Assembly: GCA_963703675.1 (NCBI GenBank) | Contig: CAVPFH010000011.1 | Location: 10,565 to 74,564 of the forward strand | Origin: an uncultured Acidobacteriota bacterium | Lineage (GTDB): Bacteria; Acidobacteriota; Terriglobia; Acidiferrales; UBA7541 | Reading direction: 5' to 3' | Length of the DNA: 64,000 bases | In this document: in pieces, positions 44,075-53,600 of the stretch | How positions within the stretch are numbered: position 1 is the stretch's first letter | Layout of the letters: every line of letters begins with the position of its first letter | The notes under the pieces: model-generated | What the model saw: the letters and a program-made list of their open reading frames with translations, nothing else | What the model was told of the DNA's origin: nothing | Database searches by the model: none | Position numbers and translations under genes: made by a program

Positions 44075-45604
44075 TTACGAAATCAAACGCACACCCGACA
44101 TCGCCTGTGACCGCGTAGCCCCGCCCACCCGCTTCTCAACCCACTCAACCGCACGGTGCGCCGCGACAACGGCATTGGACACATCTGAAACCGGCCCGAC
44201 CGAATCCGTATTAGCGAAAAAAATCCGTTCAAGAGACCGGCTCGCAGCAGGAATAGTTTTGCTGAAGCTACCGGGAGTAGCCATAAACATGGGATGCCCC
44301 CGGCGATACATATGAATTTCCACCGGCACGGCGCCGCCAAATTCAGGCTGCAATTTCTGAAAATCTCTCAGCACGTTTTCAGCGATCTTTCGGCAACTCT
44401 CGAGGTGCAGCAGATCCTTGCGTTGGGCTTCGGGAATGGGAGTGTAAAACGTAAGTATGTTGTACTTCTGAAGGTAACCAGGCTGCTTTTGCAGCACCCA
44501 ATCGGCAGGAATAAAATCGGTGAAACTGTTTCCAGGGCACCAGGTGTCGTAAGCGCGATTGTAGACCGGTTTGTCAAAGATAAAGTTAATGACCGGATAG
44601 GGACAGTAGCGCAACGATAGCATCGCCTCGCTCTGCGCCTCGCTAAGCCCGGGAATCAGCCGCGCGGTAATGAATTTCGGCGTTGCCATAATCACGTATT
44701 TGGCAGCGATCGTGTGCAGTTCGCCTTGGTTCATGTAGGTCACTCGCACTTCGGCCTTCTGCTGGTCGACGGCGACGATCGTCGCGTCGTCGATCATTTG
44801 TTTCGCATATTTCGCTTGCAAGGCTTGAGCCAATTGCCGCGCAAGCGCCCCGTTGCCTCCAGGCAAAGTCACGCGTGGATCTTCATCGCCGGTCATATCC
44901 TTCAAATCGCCGGCGATCACCAGTGCCGACGAATCATCCGCATTCGCGCCCCAGTTCGACAGCCCGTAAGCGTCCCACCACTGCTTAATTTCGGGCGCAT
45001 AGTACTTCAAATATTTCAGGGCTGGCTCGTTGTCCAACTGCTGCGCGTTTTTATCGGGATCGAGTGCGAGCACTTCCGCGCGAAACTTCTTGAAACTTTC
45101 TCGCACCGATTGGGGGTAGGGAAGTTCGTCTAATCCCGTGCGCCAGGTATTCGGTACCCATTTGCCGGCGATGATGGACGGATCGGGAGAATTTATAGGC
45201 AGTAGAGTAAGCCCGATTTCACGCGCCAGTTGTTCGCTCGCAGAACCCTTCTCGTCGAATGCGGAACCCGTCGCGAACGTCTGTCCCTGGTATTCCTCAA
45301 CAGTGGCGTTGCCGCCCCAGTGAGGCTCCTTTTCCAGTAGTAGAAAATCGTGGCCGCGAAGAAAATAAGCAGCGCTCAGCCCGCTCACTCCGCCACCAAC
45401 AACCAAAACATCACAACGCTTGGATACCGGAGGCTGCGCGAAAATCTTCCTATCGCGCACTTGATGGCAAATCTCGAAATGGTCGCCACCTATCTGTGGC
45501 GCAACACTGTTTTCAGCGCTGAGAAGCGAAAGATCAATGGGACATCCCGCAGCCACCGATCCAGCTACGATAAACTTCAAAAAATCCCTTCGTGTCTCGG
45601 TCAT
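44075..45604 (-). CDS. Tat-signal FAD-dependent amine oxidoreductase
   Basis: 509 aa. N-terminal twin-arginine motif (MTETRRDFLKFIVAGSVAAGC), then a dinucleotide-binding fold (DVLVVGGGVSGLSAAYFL...LLEKEPHWGGN). ATGA overlap with the upstream permease gene. Confidence 0.7.
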   Translation of the reverse strand: MTETRRDFLKFIVAGSVAAGCPIDLSLLSAENSVAPQIGGDHFEICHQVRDRKIFAQPPVSKRCDVLVVGGGVSGLSAAYFLRGHDFLLLEKEPHWGGNATVEEYQGQTFATGSAFDEKGSASEQLAREIGLTLLPINSPDPSIIAGKWVPNTWRTGLDELPYPQSVRESFKKFRAEVLALDPDKNAQQLDNEPALKYLKYYAPEIKQWWDAYGLSNWGANADDSSALVIAGDLKDMTGDEDPRVTLPGGNGALARQLAQALQAKYAKQMIDDATIVAVDQQKAEVRVTYMNQGELHTIAAKYVIMATPKFITARLIPGLSEAQSEAMLSLRYCPYPVINFIFDKPVYNRAYDTWCPGNSFTDFIPADWVLQKQPGYLQKYNILTFYTPIPEAQRKDLLHLESCRKIAENVLRDFQKLQPEFGGAVPVEIHMYRRGHPMFMATPGSFSKTIPAASRSLERIFFANTDSVGPVSDVSNAVVAAHRAVEWVEKRVGGATRSQAMSGVRLIS

Positions 45605-46446
45605 ATGGACCCTCCCTCAATCGGAGCGACGACCAAAGGTTCAGAAGATTCACTGGAGCGCTGCGGGCGTGTCCGCAACCGGTACCAAATCAGAATCGTG
45701 CCAATAGAAAACAGCAGAATCAAAGTGGATATAGCGTTTATCTCCGGTGTAATTCCCCGCCGCAGGCGCGACCAGATTTCTAGCGGCAAAGTGTTGTCGC
45801 GCCCGATTAGGAAGAAGCTCACCGCAATTTCATCCAGTGACAAAGTGAAAATCAGCAATCCCGCAGCGATCAGAGAGACACGTAGATTCGGCAGCGTAAT
45901 GCGCCGGAATGTTTTCCACTGATTGGCGCCCAGATCGAGCGACGCTTCCTCTTGTGCGCGATCCAGTTTTTGCAATCCAGCGAAAATTTCGGTAGTCGCA
46001 ACGGAAATGAGTGCGGTGCCATGACCAAGAGTAATCGTCACCAGGCTGAGCTTCATTCCCACCGCAACGAAGAGCATAAGAAGCGAAAGTCCGGTAATAA
46101 TGCCCGGAAGAATCAGCGGGAGCAGCACCAAGCGGCGAAACAGTGCCTTTCCTGGAAAATCGGCGCGGTCCAGAGCTAGGGCAGCAGACAGACCGAGCCC
46201 TAGAGCAATCGCCATTGCAATTGCCGCGACGATCATGCTGTTCAGCACCGCATCCCACAGCGCAGCATCGCCAAAAAGCTGCCGGTACCAATCAAAAGTC
46301 CAATCGCGAGGCGGGAAACCGCCGACACCGGAACCATTAAACGAATAAACCACCAGCACAATAATGGGGAAGTAGAGAAACGCGTACACAAGAAATGCGT
46401 ATACAATAAGCAGAGGAGCGCCCTTCGACTGAAATCCGCCGCTCAT
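45601..46446 (-). CDS. potC: ABC transporter permease (PotC/PotI-like)
   Basis: 281 aa, 6 TM helices, with an EAA-type loop (EEASLDLGANQWKTFRRITLP). Confidence 0.75.
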   Translation of the reverse strand: MSGGFQSKGAPLLIVYAFLVYAFLYFPIIVLVVYSFNGSGVGGFPPRDWTFDWYRQLFGDAALWDAVLNSMIVAAIAMAIALGLGLSAALALDRADFPGKALFRRLVLLPLILPGIITGLSLLMLFVAVGMKLSLVTITLGHGTALISVATTEIFAGLQKLDRAQEEASLDLGANQWKTFRRITLPNLRVSLIAAGLLIFTLSLDEIAVSFFLIGRDNTLPLEIWSRLRRGITPEINAISTLILLFSIGTILIWYRLRTRPQRSSESSEPLVVAPIEGGSI

Positions 46447-47291
46447 GAAACCGTAATCCTTTTTTCAAGACGCTCAGTGGCAAAAAGAAGAGTAACCACC
46501 AGCAACATCATGCAGAACGAAATTGCCGCGCCCAACGGCCAGTTGTAAGCTGCGCCGAACAAACTGACGACGATATTCGAGATCATGATTCCGCCGGGAC
46601 CGCCAACCAGCAATGGTGCGAGGAAGTCGCCAAGGGTCAACACGAAGGCAAAGGTCGCGCCAGCCAACAACCCCGGCAAGGAAAGAGGCAATATGACGCG
46701 TCGAAAAGTCGTCCACGGCGACGCGCCCAAATCGTGCGAGGCCTCGACCAATTTCCGCGGTATATGTTCGAGCGACGCAAAGATCGGCAGCAACGTAAAC
46801 GGCGTATAGATATGCGTCAACGTAATGATCACCGCAAAGGGGCTATAGAGCAGAAATTCCACGGGTTTGTGAGTGATGTGCAGATATTGCAGCAACCCAT
46901 TCAACACGCCGTCGCTGCCTAGGATCGTCTTCCAGGCGTAACCACGCACCAGATAGCTGGCCCACAGCGGAATAATGACGAGCTGATAGAGCAAATCCTT
47001 ACGTTTGGCCGCATGAAACGACAAATAATATGCCAGCGGATATCCGAGCAGCAGCGCGCAAACGGTAACGGAAGCCGCGATTCGCATGGAACGAAAAAGG
47101 ACCTGCAGATAAATGGGATTGCGCACGAGTTGAAGATAATCCTGAAAAGTCCAGGTGTGCAAAATCACTTGCATTGACGAAACGGACCAGAAGCTGTAAC
47201 AAAAAAGAATCGCATATGGGATCAGCAGAAAAACCGTGACCCACAACAGCGGAGGCATCGTGACGCTCGCCTTGTAAGCGCGCGAATACAT
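46443..47291 (-). CDS. potB: ABC transporter permease (PotB/PotH-like)
   Basis: 282 aa, 6 TM helices, with an EAA-type loop (EASHDLGASPWTTFRRVILP). ATGA overlap with potC. Confidence 0.75.
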   Translation of the reverse strand: MYSRAYKASVTMPPLLWVTVFLLIPYAILFCYSFWSVSSMQVILHTWTFQDYLQLVRNPIYLQVLFRSMRIAASVTVCALLLGYPLAYYLSFHAAKRKDLLYQLVIIPLWASYLVRGYAWKTILGSDGVLNGLLQYLHITHKPVEFLLYSPFAVIITLTHIYTPFTLLPIFASLEHIPRKLVEASHDLGASPWTTFRRVILPLSLPGLLAGATFAFVLTLGDFLAPLLVGGPGGIMISNIVVSLFGAAYNWPLGAAISFCMMLLVVTLLFATERLEKRITVS

Positions 47292-47293
47292 GG

Positions 47294-48409
47294 CTAGCCA
47301 GCCTCCCCTTCGCGCACACGAATTGCGTCACGGGCATCGAATTCGAATTCACGCTCACCGGATAGAAGGCCGGGGTTTGCAATACGCGCGCGAATTATGG
47401 TGGAGTTTCCACAATCAATTTCAAGCAGGTCCATCGCGCCGCCGAACGATTGGTTGCGAACGCGCCCGCGGAACCGCGCCGTTGACTCGTCGGCCACCGC
47501 CCGCCCCGCCGATTCCTGCACCACGCGAACACATTCAGGCCGTAGCGAGTAGCTTGCCCGGCCCGGCGGACCGAACGTGCGCCACACAATCGCACCCGCG
47601 CTCGCGATACCATCGCGCACGTCCGCTCGCAGCAGGTTCGTCTGCCCGATGAATTGAGCCGCATAGGCAGTGGCAGGCTCGCCGTAAATCTCGCGTGGCG
47701 CAGCAACCTGTTCCAGCAGCCCCGCGCGCAACAGCGCCACGCGATCGGACAGCGCCAGCGCCTCTTCCTGGTCATGGGTGACGAAAATGAAAGTAATCCC
47801 CACTTCGCGCTGCAAGGATTTCAGTTCCACCTGCATCTGCCGCCGCAAGTTCGCATCCAGAGCCGAGAGCGGTTCATCCAGAAGCAACACGCGCGGACGA
47901 TTTACGAGAGCGCGCGCGAGAGCCACGCGTTGTTGCTGCCCGCCGCTAAGCTTCGAAGGCGCCGCCTGCGCGAATTCACTCATCTTGACCATGGCTAAAG
48001 CCCGCGTCACACGTTCCGGAATTTCGGGCCTTGGAGTTTTCTTCGCTTGCAGCCCGTAAGCCACATTATCGAACACGGAAAGATGCGGAAAAATCGCGTA
48101 GCTCTGAAAGACAGTATTCACCTGCCGCCGGTGCGCCGGAATCCGATCGAGCCGCTCGCCCGCCATCCATATTTCGCCGCTGTCCAGTTCCTCAAATCCG
48201 GCAATCAACCGCAGCAGGGTCGTCTTTCCCGATCCGCTCTCACCGAGAATCGTTAAAAATTCCCCGGACGAGACATCGAGGTTGATTCCACGCAACACCG
48301 GCAATTTCCCAAATCGCTTGCTGACCTGACGAACGGAGAGAACAGGGTCGTTGCTCGGCAACGAAGGAGAAATCATCGCGCGTGCAGCCGGACTGGTCAC
48401 GTCCGCCAA
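47294..48409 (-). CDS. potA: ABC transporter ATP-binding protein (PotA-like, with a C-terminal regulatory domain)
   Basis: Walker A (GESGSGKTT), signature (LSGGQQQRVALARAL) and Walker B (LLLDEPLSALD). TTG 48409 or ATG 48376 start. Confidence 0.8.
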   Translation of the reverse strand: MADVTSPAARAMISPSLPSNDPVLSVRQVSKRFGKLPVLRGINLDVSSGEFLTILGESGSGKTTLLRLIAGFEELDSGEIWMAGERLDRIPAHRRQVNTVFQSYAIFPHLSVFDNVAYGLQAKKTPRPEIPERVTRALAMVKMSEFAQAAPSKLSGGQQQRVALARALVNRPRVLLLDEPLSALDANLRRQMQVELKSLQREVGITFIFVTHDQEEALALSDRVALLRAGLLEQVAAPREIYGEPATAYAAQFIGQTNLLRADVRDGIASAGAIVWRTFGPPGRASYSLRPECVRVVQESAGRAVADESTARFRGRVRNQSFGGAMDLLEIDCGNSTIIRARIANPGLLSGEREFEFDARDAIRVREGEAG

Positions 48410-48485
48410 CCGGCAACTCGCTTACAAAAGAGGAGCGTAGGATTGCCAATAACCGGGTCACGGATTAAACACTGAGAGCGCGTCA

Positions 48486-49613
48486 TCACTGCGCAGCCTT
48501 TACTTCGTTCCAAATCTCGTTGTATTTGTCGCGGCGCGGCACCTGCTGCCAGAAATAAATCCGCTTCATGTATTCGTCCACATTGTCCAGATGCAGCGAT
48601 TTCTTCTGTTCCTCCGTCATCGAGTCCGCCGCACCAGGATTCGCCGGGTCGTATCCAGTCACGTCCGTAACCAACTTTTGAGTCCTAGGCTCGATCATGT
48701 ATTCAAGAAACTCAGTCGCGAGCTCTTTGTGCTCGCTCGCGGCAGTAATCATCAAATGATCGATCCATCCGGTCGTATTTTCCTTCGGAATTGTTTCCGC
48801 GATGGGAAATCCGACCTTGCGAAGCTGGTTAGTCATCAGTGGCCATCCCATCGCGGCCACGATTTCATGATTCTCGAAAAGATTCGTCAGCTCTCCGCCG
48901 GTCGACCAGAACTTACGAATATTGGGCTTTAATTCAAGTAATTTATTGCGGACGTTCTCGAGTTCCTGGTCACTTAGATTGTAGATATGGTTTGCATCAG
49001 GCTTATCGTATCCAAGCACTTGCCCGGCCATGTAGATTGTCGAAAGCTCGTCCCACGCAGAAATCTTGCCTTTCAACTTTGGATCCCAGAGCACGGCCCA
49101 GCTGTCGGGCGCCTTGGCGAAATAGGTCGAATCGTAGAGCAGGGGATTAGGCCCCCAGGTAAACGGCACGCCATACACCAGGCCATTCGCGCGAACCAGC
49201 GGCATGGACCGCAGCCGTTCGGAAAGCTGTTGGTAAGACGGCAATTTTGCCACGTCAAGTGGCGCCGCCAGCCCAGATGTCGCGATCATGGTCGCTACAT
49301 CGCTCGAAGGCGAAATCACATCGTAGTTGCTGGCGCTTCCGCCACGAAGCTTGGCCACCAATTCATCGCTCGACCCCATGTAAGAGGCACTAATTTTGCA
49401 GTTATGCGATTCCTCGAACGCCCGCACGAGAGAAGGATCGGCATAACCCTCCCAGACGAGAAGGCTCAAAGTCGGAGTCTTTTTGGCGCACCCGTAGGCG
49501 CTCAACATCACGCAGAAGGCCAACACAATCAGGCATAGAAGTCGCAACGGCGACCTCACCAGCCCACCTTTTTCGCGGCGGCTTCGATGCGACGAATTCA
49601 GACTGTCAGGCAT
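48486..49613 (-). CDS. potD: Spermidine/putrescine-type periplasmic substrate-binding lipoprotein (PotD/PotF-like)
   Basis: Lipobox (MLSAYGCAK). LVWEGYADPSLVRAFEE...SSDELVAKLRGG..NYDVISPSSD matches the PotD/F family pattern. ATG 49613 preferred over the ORF-track start at 49676. Confidence 0.7.
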   Translation of the reverse strand: MPDSLNSSHRSRREKGGLVRSPLRLLCLIVLAFCVMLSAYGCAKKTPTLSLLVWEGYADPSLVRAFEESHNCKISASYMGSSDELVAKLRGGSASNYDVISPSSDVATMIATSGLAAPLDVAKLPSYQQLSERLRSMPLVRANGLVYGVPFTWGPNPLLYDSTYFAKAPDSWAVLWDPKLKGKISAWDELSTIYMAGQVLGYDKPDANHIYNLSDQELENVRNKLLELKPNIRKFWSTGGELTNLFENHEIVAAMGWPLMTNQLRKVGFPIAETIPKENTTGWIDHLMITAASEHKELATEFLEYMIEPRTQKLVTDVTGYDPANPGAADSMTEEQKKSLHLDNVDEYMKRIYFWQQVPRRDKYNEIWNEVKAAQ

Positions 49614-49672
49614 ATTGAATGTCAAAGTGTGCCGCCTTTCTAACGCACAGCGCGAAATCGGGCTTCCCCACT

Positions 49673-50521
49673 TCAAAACGTCGGGGGCGTATTAATCCAC
49701 AGCACCAGCGTTTCCTTCTTCCCCGGATTCTTCCAACGATGCTCGTTACTACTCTCAAAGTAAAAGCTATCGCCTTCCTTGAGCTGATGGGTGTCGCCCC
49801 CGGCAAGCGAAATTTCCAATTCGCCCCGCAAAATATAAAGAAATTCCTCGCCATCGTGGGCATAGGATTCACCGCTGCCGGCCGAAGGCGCAACGCGAAA
49901 CAAGTGAGGCTCCATAAGCGTGTTGCCCCAAGCGAGCAATTCCATGCGCACTCCGGGACCGGCGTCGAGCACTTTGCGATCTGCAGGCGTCACGCGCCCC
50001 GGGTTCGCTTCCGGCGGATTAAACAGCCCAAGTATATTCATCCGATAAAAACGCGCCAGCCGTCGCAAAGTTGCCACCGAAGCCGTCATCTGTTCCCGTT
50101 CCACCGCGCTCAGAAAGCCAACCGATACCCCCGCAGCGCGTGCCACTTGCGAAAGCGAATATCCTTTGCTCAAACGCATGCGCCGCAGGCGCGCCCCCAC
50201 GGGACTAGCCTTGGGGCGCGCGCTCGCCGCTGAAAGAACGCCCTCTTTTTTCAACAAGTGCATGATCGCAGGCGCATTCAACCCCTGCGCGCGACGCAGA
50301 AATTGCGCGCGCTTCAGAACGCGCACGTCCGCATGCGTATAAAGCCGGTACTTGCTGCGCGTGCGCCGCGGAGACACCAATCCCAGCGTCTCCCAAGTCC
50401 GCAAAATCGACGGCGACACCCCCACCATGCGCGCCACATCGCTGATGCGCAAGTATCCATGGCCCGGCCGGACTTTGGCCACGCGCTTCCGCAAGCTAGC
50501 CAGACGATTTCCCCTTGACAA
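49673..50521 (-). CDS. Three-domain transcriptional regulator: MerR-type HTH + XRE-type HTH + cupin (PuuR-like C-terminal two-thirds)
   Basis: MerR HTH (LRISDVARMVGVSPSILRTWETLGLVSPRRTRSKYRLYTHADVRVLKRAQFLR). XRE HTH (GARLRRMRLSKGYSLSQVARAAGVSVGFLSAVEREQMTASVATLRRLARFY). Cupin (HDGEEFLYILRGELEISLAGGDTHQLKEGDSFYFESSNEHRWKN). Confidence 0.75.
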   Translation of the reverse strand: MSRGNRLASLRKRVAKVRPGHGYLRISDVARMVGVSPSILRTWETLGLVSPRRTRSKYRLYTHADVRVLKRAQFLRRAQGLNAPAIMHLLKKEGVLSAASARPKASPVGARLRRMRLSKGYSLSQVARAAGVSVGFLSAVEREQMTASVATLRRLARFYRMNILGLFNPPEANPGRVTPADRKVLDAGPGVRMELLAWGNTLMEPHLFRVAPSAGSGESYAHDGEEFLYILRGELEISLAGGDTHQLKEGDSFYFESSNEHRWKNPGKKETLVLWINTPPTF

Positions 50522-50589
50522 CTTTCAGGCCTTCTTCTAACGTTCGCGGATTATAGTAAGGTTTTTTCGCAAGCTGCAACCGAAAACTC

Positions 50590-50630
50590 AAAAGCTGGCG
50601 TCGTGGGGGTGGGCAAGCGGCAGCTTTTTT
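50590..50630 (+). promoter_or_regulatory. Terminator-like hairpin plus T-run in the 5' leader of the TonB-dependent receptor gene
   Basis: AAAAGCTG (50590-50597) pairs with CAGCTTTT (50621-50628), which continues as a T run of 6. It ends 4 nt before the AGGAG RBS. An upstream AAGCTG (50568-50573) could pair alternatively with CAGCTT. Confidence 0.35.
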
Positions 50631-50643
50631 CAAAGGAGCGGCT

Positions 50644-53600
50644 ATGAGGGCGACGGGGTGGTTATGGGCGTACCTCTCGGTGTTTCTGGGCCTCTTCGGT
50701 TGCACATCGGCATGGGCACAAACCAACGGAGAAATTCGCGGCACAGTAAATGACCCCTCGGGCGCCACTGTGCCGGGCGCAACCATAACCGCGGTTTTAA
50801 AAGGCACAGACACCCCTCGCACCGTCACTGCCGACAAAGATGGCAGCTTCGTCATTCCGGAACTGGCAGTCGGGAGCTATGACGTCACTGCGGAAGCTCA
50901 AGGTTTCAAGAAATTCGTGACCAAGGATGTGGTCGTCAGCATCGGTCACGTAAACTTCATCACCGTTACTCTGCAAATTGGCGGTGCAGCCGACACGGTC
51001 ACGGTCGAAGCCAACGCCGCCCAGGTCGAAACCACCAGCACACAACTCGGCGCGGTAATGACGGACACCGCCATCGTCGAACTGCCGATGAACACCAGAA
51101 ACGCCTATAGCCTGCTTCAGCTCCAGCCCGGCGTCCAATCTCAGTTGGGAAATGACTTATTTTATGGCAGTAACAATGAAGGCGCTGTGTCGGTGAATGG
51201 CGGTCGCGGCCGTTCCAACAATTACATGGTGAACGGCGGTGATGGTAACGACATCTTCGTCAACGCGCCGGCAATTCAGCCCTCGCCGGATTCCATCGAG
51301 GAATTCCGCGTCTTGACCAACACATTCGACGCCGAATACGGCCGCAACTCCGGCTCCGTCGTCAACGTAGTGACCAAATCAGGCACGAACAGTCTTCACG
51401 GTGATGTTTACGAGTTCCTTCGCAATCAGGCTCTGAACACACGAGGTTATTTCGATCCCTTCCTTTTGGACTATAAGCAAAATCAATTCGGCGCGACGGG
51501 CGGCGGCCCCATAAAAAAAGACAAGACCTTCATCTTCGGCTCCTATGAAGGCAATCGACTGGTCCAGGGCTTTTCCTCCGGCACGGTTGTGCTTCCCACT
51601 GCATCGGAAGTCGCGGGTAACTTTGGTGGTTCATTCCTGGGCAATATCAACGATCAGAATTTTGCGCAGGCTCTCGAAAATCGCAGTGGTTGCTCCGGCG
51701 CGCTGTCCGCCGGGGGCGCCGCCGCGCTTGCGGCTGCGGCGGCGGGAAATACGCCTCAACCGTATTCAACAATCTTTCCGAACGGCACAATTCCCACCCA
51801 ATGTTTTGATCCCACCGCTCTCGGGGTTTACCAGCAATACGTTTCCCCCTTTCAGGCAAACGCCAATCCCGCAACCGGGAGTCTGACCTCGTCCGGCAAT
51901 CAGCATGACCGCGCAGACCAGTTCACCGTGCGCTTCGACCACCTCATCACCAATTCTCAGAAGTTCACCGCGTACTATTATTTTGATGACGATCACCGCA
52001 CCGACCCGTTCTCGAACTTTCAGGCCTCCGGCGCCACGCTTCCGGGTTTCGGAGCGATCTTCAAGACCCGCGACCAGCAATGGAATCTCAGTCACACATG
52101 GACCATCGGGTCGACGGCCGTCAATGAATTTCGGTTCAATTATTTCCGCGAATCGCAAGGCAACCTCAATCACCCGGTCAACACTCTCGGCTCTGTGCAG
52201 CAGTCCTGCGTGGATATACCGGCGACGAATTGCTTTACTGATCCCGCCAATCCCACGGCTGGAATTACAACCGATCTTCCAGGACGAGTCGGGCTTCCCT
52301 TTATTAACGTTTCCGGTGGCTTCGTGATCGGCAATAACTTCGAAGGCGAACTGCCGCAGACCGGCAACACATTCCAATGGACGGACAACTACACCAAGAC
52401 ATTTGGCAAACACACCGTTAAGTTCGGCGGAGATGTCCGCCGCCAGCGTTTCGATCAGTTCCTCTATTTCGAAGTGAGCGGAAACTATTCCTTCACCAAT
52501 CAATCGAACGTCGACCAGATTCTTGGTAACGACGCCTATCCAAACTACTTCCTCGGCGCGGCAAATTCCTATCAGCAGGGTTCGGCGCAGGGCGAAAATG
52601 TTCGAAACTCGGCGCTTTATTTGTTTGCGCAGGACAGCTACAAGCTTACCAACACAGTCACCTTGAATTATGGCCTGCGCTGGGAACTGAACACCCCGTA
52701 CTACGATTTGGGAAATCGCCTCCAGACTTTCCGTCCAGGCCAAGCGACCACACAATATCCGTGTTGGTTGTCAACGACGAACGCCACGGCACTGGGGCTC
52801 GCACCCGGGGATTGCGGCGAGAACAGCGGCGCCAACAACGCCGTCTTTCCACTCGGCTTGGCCTTTCCAGGTGATAAAGGTGTTCCGCGCGGGCTTACCT
52901 CCACCTATTACAAATCCTTCGCTCCGCGCATTGGAATTGCGTGGAGTCCCGGGGCCACCGAAGGCCTGCTCGCGAAAATTACCGGCGGCCCGGGCAAGAC
53001 CAGTATTCGTGCAGGCTACGGCATCTTCTATAATCCCATCGAACAGTTGGTTCTCGAGCAGTTCAGCGCGGAACCGCCCTTCGGCGGCAGCACATTTCTT
53101 TCGAACACGCTTTTCAACACGCCCTTCGCATTTCAAGCCGGCGGCAACGCTCCGAATCCCTTCACAGGCGTGATCAATCAAACGCCTCAAACACCCTGCG
53201 CCGTCGTGCCGGCAGGCGGACCGAGCGGTTGCGTGGACTGGTCTACCTTCCGTCCGATTCTTCTCTTCGGTGAATTTCAGCCGCACCTGAAATCCCAATA
53301 TTCAGACCAGTACAATCTCACCATCGAACGGCAGCTGACCAAAGACATGCTCTTCCGCATCTCGTATGTGGGAACACAAGCGCATCACTTGCTTGCATCC
53401 CGCGACATAGATCCAGGTAATTCGCAGACCTGCCTGGAAATTGCTCAGATCGCCGCAAACGACCCCACCGGCCAGGTCACAGGATGCGGCCCGGTCGGAG
53501 CTGATAGCCCGTATTTCGTACCGGCAACCTACAGCAATGGAAGCCCTGTAGTGGTTCCGACTTTCGCTCCCTTGCAACAACCTTTTAAGGCTCCAGCTCC

